Below are positions 48,561-60,403 of a DNA stretch of 64,000 nt, piece after piece (the stretch's first letter is position 1; every line of letters starts with the position of its first letter). This DNA is from Chrysomallon squamiferum (Eukaryota > Animalia > Mollusca). The notes under the pieces were generated by a model, which saw nothing but the letters and a program-made list of their open reading frames with translations, had not been told where the DNA came from and searched no databases. The stretch lies in contig CM022670.1 of assembly GCA_012295275.1 (NCBI GenBank), positions 12,772,001-12,836,000 of the forward strand, read 5' to 3'. Position numbers and translations under genes: made by a program.

Positions 48561-48742
48561 TCATCAGCGCTTGCTTTGACAACCAGACTGGGGGCGATCC
48601 GGTCAGTGTTGCTATGCCACCGCAGTGAGCACCGTAACAAATACTCAGAGTTACAGCCTTCAGCAGGTTCTTTGAGCGCTTGTCTAACCTGGAGTATTCA
48701 AACGGCTTGTCGAAGTTAGTGATTTCTGAGTCGTTGTCCTGG
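48561..48742 (-). CDS. SLC13-B exon 6 (LSICYGAHCGGIATLTGSP[fs]SLVVKASAD); contains frameshift 1
   Basis: CAG/GTAAGT; 182 nt where 183 are needed for the phase of exon 7. Confidence 0.88.
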
Positions 48743-48745
48743 CTG

Positions 48746-48865
48746 TCATAAATAAGAAAATACAATTTAAAGGAATCATAAATAAGAAAATACAATTTAA
48801 AGGAATCATAAATAAGAAAATACAATTTGAATGAATCATAAATAAGAAAATACAAATTGAATGAT
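48746..48865. repeat. 30-bp tandem repeat, 4 copies, abutting the exon 6 acceptor of SLC13-B
   Basis: TCATAAATAAGAAAATACAATTTAAAGGAA-type units at 48746, 48776, 48806 and 48836. Confidence 0.92.
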
Positions 48866-50855
48866 ACGAAAGTCGTGTTTATCCGCCATTTTTTTTTTCC
48901 TTCTTTTTTCATTCATTTTTTTTTTTTTTTTTTTTTTTTTTTATTTTTATTTTTTTGTTGTTGTTGTTGTTGTTGTAGGAAGAGTTAGGCGTTAAACGAA
49001 AATGGTAAAAATATGGAAAATTTAATCGTATTTTGATTACAAACAAACACCTGTTACAGTGTTTAATTTTCAATTAAATTAGGAAAAAAGCCTAATTTTT
49101 TCTTATTTAGCTTTTATTATTATTTTTTATTATTATTAATATTATTAATTTCTTCTTTTTTAAAAACTATTTCTCTTTCTTCCTTTCTTTTATTTATTTA
49201 TTTATTTATTTATCCAAGTAGTCTTTTTCTGCTGATACAGCTTTTTCAAAACCGTTTTACTTTTTTTATTTTATTATTATTTTTTTTTTGTTGTTATTGT
49301 TGTTATTTTTTATATTTTTTATATATTTTTATTTTTATTTTATTTATTTTTTTTTTTTTTTTTATTATTATTTTTTTTTTTTTTTGTTCATATGATCATT
49401 AATTTAGTACAAACAAATGGAAAAGATAATTCTGCGTTTACAATGTTTGTCTGAGTCAGTTAAATCTGTTAAGGATTATCTTTGCACTACTGCATACAAG
49501 TGGACAAGAACATGTCTGAACGGGAGAAATGTTTTAAAAGGGCTTGTAGCATAACTCCCGCTCTGCACGCTTGGCTGTCTCCCATTTGTTACACACCCAG
49601 TTGATACACAGTCATCTGAGGGACTGACTAAGCAAAAAAAAAAAAATGTATTGAATAATCATCGATGATCAACTACAATATAATAATATAATAATACAAT
49701 AATAATTTTAAAAATAAAAATTCAAAAAACAAACAAACAAAAAAGAAACATTAATAACTTAAAAAAAATATCTTCTAATACATGCAAATAAAATTCCTAA
49801 TTTTTATTGACTTTACCCGCGATGTATACTTTATGTTCTTATGTATTTGATATGTATATTTATATACTTGGTGAATACCTGTTAATATTAATTTATATAC
49901 ATGTATTTATATATTTTGCATTCTTTGACTTTTACAGTATTGCTAACTGACTTTGTATAAGATTATGCCGTGATAAAATATCACAACAAGTTTTTTCCGT
50001 GATTGTGAGGGGCACACAAGATGCTGTTTTCACTTTGAGAAACAGGAAACCAAATTATTGTTGATTGTCGAGTTGGAAAATTAATTAACGTTCCTCTATC
50101 AACCGCTTTTATTTATTTATTTTATTATTTAATTTTAATTTTTAATTTTTTGTTTAATTTTTTGGGGTTTGTTTAAACTTTGTGGTTTTATGTTTTGACT
50201 TCTTGTAAACTGTAACAGCGATCAAAAAAAAATAATACGCTTAATTATTTCCTGAGCTGAATGTGCAACAACTGGGAAGATGAGTCCATTATTGCTTACT
50301 AGGTAGGATGAATATAATTAGCAGTTCACTCAGCTATGTTGTTATTATAGGGTGTACAAACAAATGAGAGGATACCGTACGCTTGGGGTTGCAGCCATAT
50401 TTATTTTTAAACATGACGGAGTTGCGATATTTGATTTAGGAAGACTGATAAGAATTCCACATAAATAAAAACAGAAATTCGTAGTAACAGCCTGATGTGA
50501 CATTTGTTTAATCGGCATAATGGGACGCATCAGTATAGTAATTAGAAACCTGTTTCTTGAAATCATTATTATTTACTACAACTAGCCATTAAACAATGGT
50601 CCGTTATCTTTTAGTTAAAATTTAATTTTCAGAATATCAAGAACCATGTACGTTTAATCACTTGGTTGAATCGTATTTAATCACTATAAAATGTTGAAAT
50701 TACTTTCACATAACATTGCATTCATATAATAATATTTTATTAAACAGCTGAATGGTTTGCTGTTCATTATTTGGGTAGAATCTGGCGACATTAGTTGACT
50801 TCCTTATCAAATTTATATAAATTCCATTGAGAGAAATAAACAAACTTGACTGCAC

Positions 50856-50940
50856 CTGTCTGGGTTAAATGTGACCTCGTCCGGGTACGAATCTTCTGCT
50901 GCAGGCGGGGTTTTCACGCGTTCAAGTTGCATTCCATCAG
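50856..50940 (-). CDS. SLC13-B exon 5 (DGMQLERVKTPPAAEDSYPDEVTFNPD)
   Basis: Phase 1 in and phase 2 out match neighbours; loop region. Confidence 0.7.
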
Positions 50941-51340
50941 CTGAAAACGCAAATAATTTCCAGACCATAATAACATTACATGTATGAGTGATTACGTAAA
51001 TGTGTAGGTGCATGTAAACACTCTCACACGCACACGCACACACACAAACACACATTCACTTAATCAATCATTCATAGATGGCAGTCACGAAAAATGACGT
51101 CTAATCATTAGTCTACTAGGACAGATTAACAACAGGATATCCATTTTCCCTGAGGACTGCTGTTAGTCACTCACTCCAAAATGGAAAGCTTTGAAATTTT
51201 TTTTCGCGAGTGATCGTTAAATAACTTAAAGTAATGCTCAGAAATGACTTTAAAATGAATATGGGTTTTTCCTGATGCAGAAATATGGAGGACTCGTTAA
51301 TCATCTGTTGAAGTAAATTAATGGTAAACATTCTTACATT

Positions 51341-51396
<56 letters not shown>

Positions 51397-51647
51397 GCTA
51401 CTGCTACTTACTACTACTACTACTACTCCAGATACCATTATTTCTATTTCTACTACCCAACCATTACTGTTTTTGCTACTACTACTATAATACTATTAGA
51501 ATCACCACTATTTAAAGATCGTAAAGAAAAATAATATTTAATTTTTAATTTTTAAAAACAAATTTATGATTGTTTTAAAACTAACACCAGATGGTCTCCG
51601 GCTATAGCAACTTAATTATGCAATCATTATTTAAACAAAATCAAAAC

Positions 51648-51805
51648 CTTCCGCGTCGTTGCTGTGCCTGTTTTTCACTTGTGTTTCTATAACGAACAGT
51701 CGTTCCACTAAAGCTCTCGCTATAGGAATCATCATCGTCGTTGCTGCCGTGTTGCTTATCCACACAGACATGAACGCCGTCCCTCCCAGGAACGCGAACA
51801 AAAAG
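51648..51805 (-). CDS. SLC13-B exon 4 (SVWISNTAATTMMIPI)
   Basis: CAG/GT, 158 nt. Confidence 0.88.
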
Positions 51806-51902
51806 CTGTAAAAGAAAAGAAAAAAAAAAAAAAAAAAAAAAAAAAGCAATTATTATTGTTATTACTACCACCACCACTACTACTGCCATAGTAACATTAC
51901 AT

Positions 51903-51996
<94 letters not shown>

Positions 51997-52459
51997 TAAT
52001 ATTAATACTAATACTAATACTAATACAACTATTACTACTACTACTACTACTACTACTACTGCTGCTACTACTACTACTACTACTGCTACTACTACTACTA
52101 CTACTAATAATAATAATAATAATAACAATAATAATAATAATTCATTTTAATACTAATACAACTATTACTACTGCTGTTACTGCTGATGTTAGTATTTGCT
52201 ACTATTGTGACTTGTATACTCGTGCTAGGACTACTACTGCTACCGTATACTACTACTGCTGCTTCATCTCCTGCTGTTGCTACTGTTAATATCATCACCA
52301 CTAACTATGACTGTTATTACTATTTTTATTACTACTACAACATTAAACATTTTTATTATTATTAGATTAAACAGAAGGAAAAAATGCAGTTTTATGTTGC
52401 TTAAAATGAATCTGCAGATGTACGAAATTAATGGCCTAAATACTTTAAACTTCCAGTTC

Positions 52460-52504
<45 letters not shown>

Positions 52505-53749
52505 TACAGAAGATTGACAACTCTAGAAGAAACATTAAATATCGTCACATATGCGATGATGTTATGACTATAGAAAAATGGAGGCACAAAGATATTTTTA
52601 TTTTATTTTATTATTTATTTTTTTGCTGCATTACTTTTTTTTATTAACAAAGACAGAGGGGAAAAAAAAAAAAAAAAAAAAAAACTACAACTCTAGGATG
52701 CAGAATGATTTGTCTTCAGATAATCAAAAGATAAATTTTAACAAATGTTATATCCGCAACAGCTTTATTCTGTTAGCATCTTGAAAATACATGGCCAAGG
52801 CCGTCTTAACAATATTTCAGGTCACCATGAAAATCAAAGTACTGGAACTCCTACACAATAACGAAACAAAACGCGAATTGGACCCATAAATCATCGTGCC
52901 CCCGGGCGCCTTCCTAATGTGTCCATGCCTGAACATGGGCAGTATACAGCGGACAAGGGAAATGTACTTTTTAAAAGTTGTGTGCGCGATGGTCTCATTG
53001 CATGATACGTGAGGTGCAACAGACTGGAGTATTAAGCGCATCAGCATTTGACTGACATAACTGTGAAAAATGATCATGTATAGCGTGATGGAATTGTGAG
53101 TATAGATAACGTATGACGTCAAACCGCGTACACCTGAGCCGTGATTAAAACGATACATGTCCCGAGTTCTATGTAAGATCTAAATGATGAATACGAGGAG
53201 GAAAGTCAGAAACAATTGGTCAACGTATCATGTTTTTGGAAGGCAGGATTTTGTTCCAGGGTTGTATTACTGGTTACACCTCACCAGCGTCAAGGAATTA
53301 TGAAGGAAAAAAAAAAAAAAAAAAAAATAAAAATGAAAAAAAGAAAAAAAAAAAAAACCTAAAGAAAAAGCTTCTTTTGCAGTTTTTGTGATGTTTATTT
53401 TTTGAAGGTGTGATGAACTCAAATTATTTACATATCAGTAATGTTTGCAGTTTAAATAATTATTTATTTTGTTTTATTTCTGAAATGTGGTATGCGCGCG
53501 ATTGTATCGATGAATATCTTTGTCAGTATGAGATGAATTTCGTATATTTATATGGTAAAATTTCAAATTCGTATAATATGTTAGTGGAAGTATTTATTTT
53601 ACATTGATGGATGAAATTTGGAAGATTTAAAGATTTAAACTTTAATTATTAATAATTTCAAAATGTTTATAATATTTTAATGCGGTTAGTAAATTATTTG
53701 AAAAATACAGAAGTGTTTTAAAAATGTATTCAGTATCATCCGAAATCAC

Positions 53750-53865
53750 CTTCTAGGACTAACTCCAAAGAACATCAGAAGTCTAAGAGCAAATCGTTTG
53801 TGTATGTTACATTTTTCAAAGGCAATAGCTATAATCATTCCTCCAATCAGCAAAAAGTCTATATC
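53750..53865 (-). CDS. SLC13-B exon 3
   Basis: 113/116 nt identical to A exon 3. Confidence 0.92.
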
Positions 53866-54887
53866 CTGAAGAAATTAAAATAAAATAATTAAACAAACAA
53901 ACAAGCAAGCAAGCAAACAAACAAATAATAAATATATAAACGAAATACAAATAATAAATAAATAAATAAGTACATTCACAAGCAAGCAAACAAGCAAATA
54001 ATAAATAAACAAACAAAAAATACAAATGAACAAACAAATAATAAATGAATAAATAAATAAATCAACAAACAAGCAAGTAACAAATAAACATACAAAAAAA
54101 CGAACAAATAAATAAAAATAAATTAAAAAAAAAATATAACAAACAAATAATTAATAAATGAATAAAAAATAAAATAAATAACAAAAATGCAAATAACAAA
54201 TAAATAAACTAAACAAATAAATAAATAAACAAACAAATAAAAATAAAACGAACAAAAATAAAACAAATAAAAAAAAAAACAAATAAATAAATAAACAAAT
54301 AAAAATGAATAAACAAATAAATCTTCAACAAGCAAATAATAAAAACAAACAAAAAAATAAACAAAGAAACTAATATAAAAATAAATAAATAAATAAATCA
54401 ACAAATAAATCAACCATCAAATAAAAAATACTAAAAAAATAAATAAACAAACAAACATATAAATAAATAAACAAAAAAAAACAATTAATAAATGAATAAA
54501 AAAAAAAAATCAACAAACAAACAAGCAAAATAACAAATAAATAACAAAATAAACTAAACGAACAAATTAATATAAAAAATAAAGAAACGAAACAAACAAA
54601 TAAATAAATAAATCAACAAACAAAAAATACTAAATAAAGAAAAAAAAGAAACATAAACAAAAAAAAATAAAAATAAAAAATAAAATATTTAATAATGATT
54701 ACTACTATATAGTAATCTTTTTATATATGTCTTCCCACAGTCAAGAAAAACAGAATCCTTTATCATTAGAAATATATTTGAATATTTATATTTATTAACA
54801 GATTGTAGTATCCGATCACTGTTAATTTATATCATTCTTAATAACTATATATTCATTAATTAATTAATATCAAGGAAGCTCAAAAAC

Positions 54888-54929
<42 letters not shown>

Positions 54930-54952
54930 GTAATAATAATAATAGTAGTAGC

Positions 54953-54989
<37 letters not shown>

Positions 54990-55107
54990 TGCTGTATATA
55001 TATCTACATCTATCTATCTGTCTATATACATTATATTCTTAAACTAAAGACGACTTATATTTTAGAAAAAAAAAATAAAGTAATAATAATAATAATAATA
55101 ATATATA

Positions 55108-55140
<33 letters not shown>

Positions 55141-55213
55141 TTTATTATATTTTTTTTTTCTAAAATATAAATCGTCTTTAGTTTAAGAATATAATGTTTT
55201 GTTATATACGCTA

Positions 55214-55306
<93 letters not shown>

Positions 55307-55613
55307 GCAGTAACAAATACATTTAAAAAAATCAAGAACAAATTACCTCACAGTTAAACATGTTTAAACCCAAAACCAATACAGGGTCAGTTACTGTAAC
55401 TTCCTTTGTCTTTTGTTACAAACAGAGTTAGGTTTTCGATTTCTAATCACGTTCGTAATACAAATGACTAAGAAAATTTAGCATACATTGTGGCATATCG
55501 TGTAGATTAATAACCGCAAGTAATATAATAATGATTTATTTAAAAAATGTTAATTAAATATTTTACTTTGTATTTTTCTTAGTTATTTTAGTTTAAAATT
55601 AAAATTTATAATT

Positions 55614-55673
<60 letters not shown>

Positions 55674-55874
55674 GTGGGATTTGTTTTTCTTTTGTAATTG
55701 TTTGGGGTTTTGGGGAGTTTTTCTTTCTTTCCTTTCTTTCTTTATTTATTTTATGTTATTTTATTTATTTATTTATTTATTTTTTTATTTATTATTTATT
55801 TTTTTTTTTTTTGTATTTTTTTGTTATTTTTTATTTTTTTATTACTTTGTCGATTTATTTTTATTTATTTTTTT

Positions 55875-55906
<32 letters not shown>

Positions 55907-56526
55907 TTATTTATTCATTTTATTTTATTTTATTTTATTTTATTTTTTTTTTTTTTTTTTTTTTTTTTATTTATATTTTTTTATATATATATTTTTATTA
56001 GTTTTTTGTTGTTGTTGTTGGTTTTTTTTTTTTTTTTTTCTGAATTGTTTTATAAAAAAACTTTCATCTTGAAAGTTAAGCTCAACACAACGATGGCGTT
56101 ATCCTTTTATTTATCTCACGAATTCCCTTCAAAGAGTGCAGTAATTAATAAATATAAACATAACGATTCTGAATATTTATAAATGATGCAAGTGCGATTC
56201 TGGAATTTAACAGTAACACAAGTAATTTTGGAGAGAAAATAAATTTAATTACAAAAGAAACAATAGAAGAATGTCTGTAGCTCTTTCGATTAATACGTAT
56301 GTGTCACATAACCAGAGCACCCCGTTTATTTTGCCATAGAAATATTTGTGTGTATATGTGTGCCTGTGCGTGTGTTATTAATTGTGTAGATAACGAAACT
56401 TATTTCACAGAATTTTTATTTTTTTATTTATTTTATTTTATTTTATGTTTTTTCTCGTCTCGTTTTTCTGAAATTCTGGATCTGGTACTGTGTGAAATAC
56501 TGTATGGAATGGAATGGAAAAAAATT

Positions 56527-56595
56527 AACGTGCTAATCAGAGCAAGCTGTTGTGAAGCACGTCTGCGACGGGCACGCTTTCTGACAGGTCAGCGG
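56527..56595. repeat. 69-bp dispersed element, copy 2 (SLC13-B intron 2)
   Basis: 66/69 identical to 44192-44260, same orientation. Confidence 0.9.
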
Positions 56596-56629
56596 GCGTG
56601 TCCGTCGCATACTGTATGATGTAACATAC

Positions 56630-56779
56630 CTTTATATACTGCATAGACAGCGCTTTAGACGAAGCCACACCAAGCAGTGGAAACACCACGATGGGTAACA
56701 GAGCGGTCACTGGAAGTGGAATCGCCTCTGTGATCCAGTATATGCACATTAGCAACATACCGTAACCACATTTCGATTC
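56630..56779 (-). CDS. SLC13-B exon 2
   Basis: ESKCGYG..YWITEAIPLPVTALLP; CAG/GTATGT, 150 nt. Confidence 0.92.
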
Positions 56780-57252
56780 CTGGAAAACAAAAAAAAAATT
56801 CAAAAAAATTAATAATTTATCAAATATACAAAAATATATAAAACTGCCTCAAAAATATACTTGTAAGCTTGTGTGATAAATAATAATTATGCTGTTTATA
56901 GTTTGTTGTTGTGTTGTCACACGCACGAACAAGCACACAAATACACATTACAAAAACTCAGACACATACAAATATGCGCGCGCGCACGCACGCACACACA
57001 CAGACATATAAACATATATGCACATAAAATACTGAAATAAAAAACCGTTCTGTGAAGATTAATGTAATAGAGTTATTAAAGTAAATTTTCTATAATACTG
57101 ATATAATACAGCTTAAAACATAAAATATGACTGTATTTGTTTATAAGAAACTCAGTAGTAACAAAGCATTGAAAAATAACACCTGAGCTGCTTGGAGGCT
57201 GATATTAACCCTTGTGATTTTAATTTAAATAAATAAATAAATAAATAGTATT

Positions 57253-57410
57253 GTGCAATGGTAACAAACCTCGGCATAAATAAATATTTAATAATGTTAT
57301 ATATTCATATAGAATTTTTAAAAATAAAGAAATAAATAAAAATATAAATTATGTCAAACTAAAGATGATTTATATTTTATCTAATAAATAATAATTAAAA
57401 AATATTAAAA
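57253..57410. repeat. Degenerate local duplicate of 58996-59160 (start of exon 1 plus upstream intron)
   Basis: Shared GTGCAATGGT(G/A)ACAAACCTCGGC...AAATATTTAATAA...TGTCAAACTAA(C/A)GATGATTTAT. Confidence 0.8.
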
Positions 57411-58480
57411 ATATATATATAAAAAAAAATGAAATAAAAATAATAAATAAATAAAATAAAATAAAATAAAATAAAATGGATAAACAAATAAATAAGCAAT
57501 GCATATATTTAAATATCTTAGCAAAAATTCTTCCTTTAATGAATTAATAGTATTTACATGATCTTTTAATATATTAGTATAATAATAAATGAAATTAAAA
57601 AAAATAAAATAAAATAAAAAATAAATAAATAAATAAATTAAATAAAAATAAATAAATAAAATAAAATGGATAAACAAATAAATAAGCAATGTATGTATTT
57701 AAATATCTTAGCAAAAATCAAACATTCAGTTCTTCCTTTAATGAATTAATAGTATTTATACGATCTTTTAGTATATTAGTTTAATAATAAATGAAATAAA
57801 TTAAAATAAAATAAAATAAAATAAAATATTACTTTAATAATAACTGTAATAAAATGAAATAAAATAAAATAAAATAAATAAGTAGAAATTATTGATGGAA
57901 TTAGGACATGGCAACGTTATACTGATAACTTGCATTACTTAGTACAGTGTTTGAATTGAGAGTTACACAGGGGTACATATTCCAGTTTATGTCCAGAGAA
58001 ATCAGTTAGCTAGATTTGTCTAGCAAATAAATTTAACTTATTTATATTCAGTATTTATTCTTGCATATTTTGCTTAGCTCTCATAAGCAATATATGTATT
58101 TAAATATATTATCAAACATCACACATGCAAATCTTTATTTAATGAATTAATGGTATTTAAAAGATCTTTTTAAATTAGAAAATACAGGCCTAAAATTAAT
58201 TAGTATAGTTAACTGGTAATTTAAATTTAAATAAATAAATAAATAAATAAATTTTATTATCTGCTCTTAGTAACAAACTACATTTTCATATTACAAAATT
58301 TTTTATATCACTGTTTTATCCCTTATTTCCCTTAAGAACATTATCGCTTGGTTCCTAAAACCCATTTTTATTTATAATTTTGCTTATTTCTTGTTATATT
58401 TTTTTTATTTATTTAATATTTTTTTTTTTTAAATTTTTTTTTTTTTTTTTTAATTATAAATTATATTGAACTTTAAGAAG

Positions 58481-58520
<40 letters not shown>

Positions 58521-58588
58521 TTTTTTTTTTGCATATTATTATTATTATTATTATTATTGTTATTATTGTTCTTATTATTAATATTATG

Positions 58589-58621
<33 letters not shown>

Positions 58622-58647
58622 ATTCTTCTTCTTCTTCTTCTTATTCT

Positions 58648-58754
<107 letters not shown>

Positions 58755-58822
58755 TATTATTATTATTTTTATTATTTATTATTATTATCATCATCATCAA
58801 CATCATCATCATTATTATCATT

Positions 58823-58872
<50 letters not shown>

Positions 58873-58906
58873 TATTATTATTATTATTATTATTATTAAA
58901 AGCTAC

Positions 58907-59002
58907 CTTCGACGTCCCGGGGGCAGCAAGAGGTATGAGGAGGATTGGTGCAACGATCACGACGAACGTCCTCCACGACGCATTCACGTACTGCAGTGCA
59001 AT
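58907..59002 (-). CDS. SLC13-B exon 1 ((I)ALQYVNASWRTFVVIVAPILLIPLAAPGTSK)
   Basis: Colinear with A exon 1 (96 nt); GTAGCT donor; first codon ATT; CAG acceptor 16 nt upstream (exon would start at 59018). Confidence 0.85.
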
Positions 59003-59522
59003 GGTGACAAACCTCGGCCTGGAACAAATATTTAATAACGTTGTATAGTCACATAGATTTAAAAGTAATAAATAAATACATTAAAAAAATAAAAATTATA
59101 TTGTCAAACTAACGATGATTTATGTTTTAGCTAATATATAATAATTAAAAAATATTTTAAAAAATAAATAAATAAATACATAAAATAAAATAAAAGGAAA
59201 ATACATAAATAAATAAGTAAATAAATAAGTAAATGAATAATAAATGAATAAAATAAGGCTAAATAAATAAACACATAAATAAAAAAACAAATAAAATAAG
59301 CAAATAAATAAACAAATAAATAAAAAATAAAATAAATAAATAAACATATAAATAAATAAATAAATAAATAATAAAATAAATAAACACACAAATAAAAAAT
59401 ATATAAAATAAACACATAAATAAAAATAAATAAATAAACATAAAATAAAATAAAAAATAAATAAATAAACACAAATAAAAAATATATAAAATAAATAAAT
59501 AAAATAAATAGGACTAACTTAC

Positions 59523-59840
59523 TTTGAACTTTAAACGCTCACAGCGAATAAGAACAAAGATAATAAATAAAATGCCTATCCTCTCATAAAGTACCATATA
59601 TAACTAAGATAGCGATTTATATCATTCAAATAGACAAAGAAACTATGGTGAAGAATACTTGAACACTTTATCAGCAAAAAATAGAAAATCTAGCTAGTCT
59701 GATAAGTACATTTTAAATAACTTATATTTCTTGCTGATCAACATTTTTTTTTTTTTTTTTTTTTTTCCCCAATAGCGAAATTCTTTTAATAGCAAAAGTT
59801 AAACCCGGACCTTTGATCGTAAACACTAGATAAGACCAAT
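59523..59840 (-). promoter_or_regulatory. Candidate 5'UTR exon and promoter of SLC13-B
   Basis: GTAAGT donor at 59517-59522; TATATA at ~59597-59602; five WGATAR sites and a DR1/TCF-like GGACCTTTGATC. Confidence 0.4.
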
Positions 59841-60352
59841 AACCGCGTACAAACACACATCCACATATATTAATTCATTATAATACGTTTCTTTATTATT
59901 TAAATTTCAAATGTTAATTAATTTTAATTTCTGCCAAACAAAATTTTGCTACAACTAACAAAATAATGAAAAAAACAACAACAAAAAACAACAACAAACA
60001 AACAAAAAAAAAAAAAAAAAAAAAACACAAAAACAAAAACAAAAATGAAATCTCTACGCGCATCGATATTTTGTATACAGTTCTGTTTTGCTGACTAGAC
60101 TTTTCAGTATTTTGTTTACAGTACCTTTTCGCTGACTCATCTTTTCAATACTGTCTCGCTGATTCATCTTTTCGTTAAATTGACATTATGTAAACTTTTA
60201 AAAATAATTACATACAAAAAGATTTAAAAAAAATATATATATATATATATATATATATACCTATTTTTAATTAATAACCCGAAATTAAGGGAAAAATTAA
60301 ATTAAAATTAAATTAAAATTAAAATTTAATTAATTTTTTAATAAATGAATAA

Positions 60353-60403
<51 letters not shown>

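Noticed and set aside
46365-48600. Programmed -1 ribosomal frameshifting as an explanation for the SLC13-B lesions
   Set aside because: Neither site forms an in-frame X XXY YYZ slippery heptamer, and two independent events would be needed; error or pseudogenisation is simpler
59523-59597. 25-codon ATG-initiated upstream exon as the true N-terminus of SLC13-B
   Set aside because: It ends in phase 0 while the acceptor at 59018 needs phase 2; the ATG also overlaps the TATA-like element and is probably upstream of the TSS
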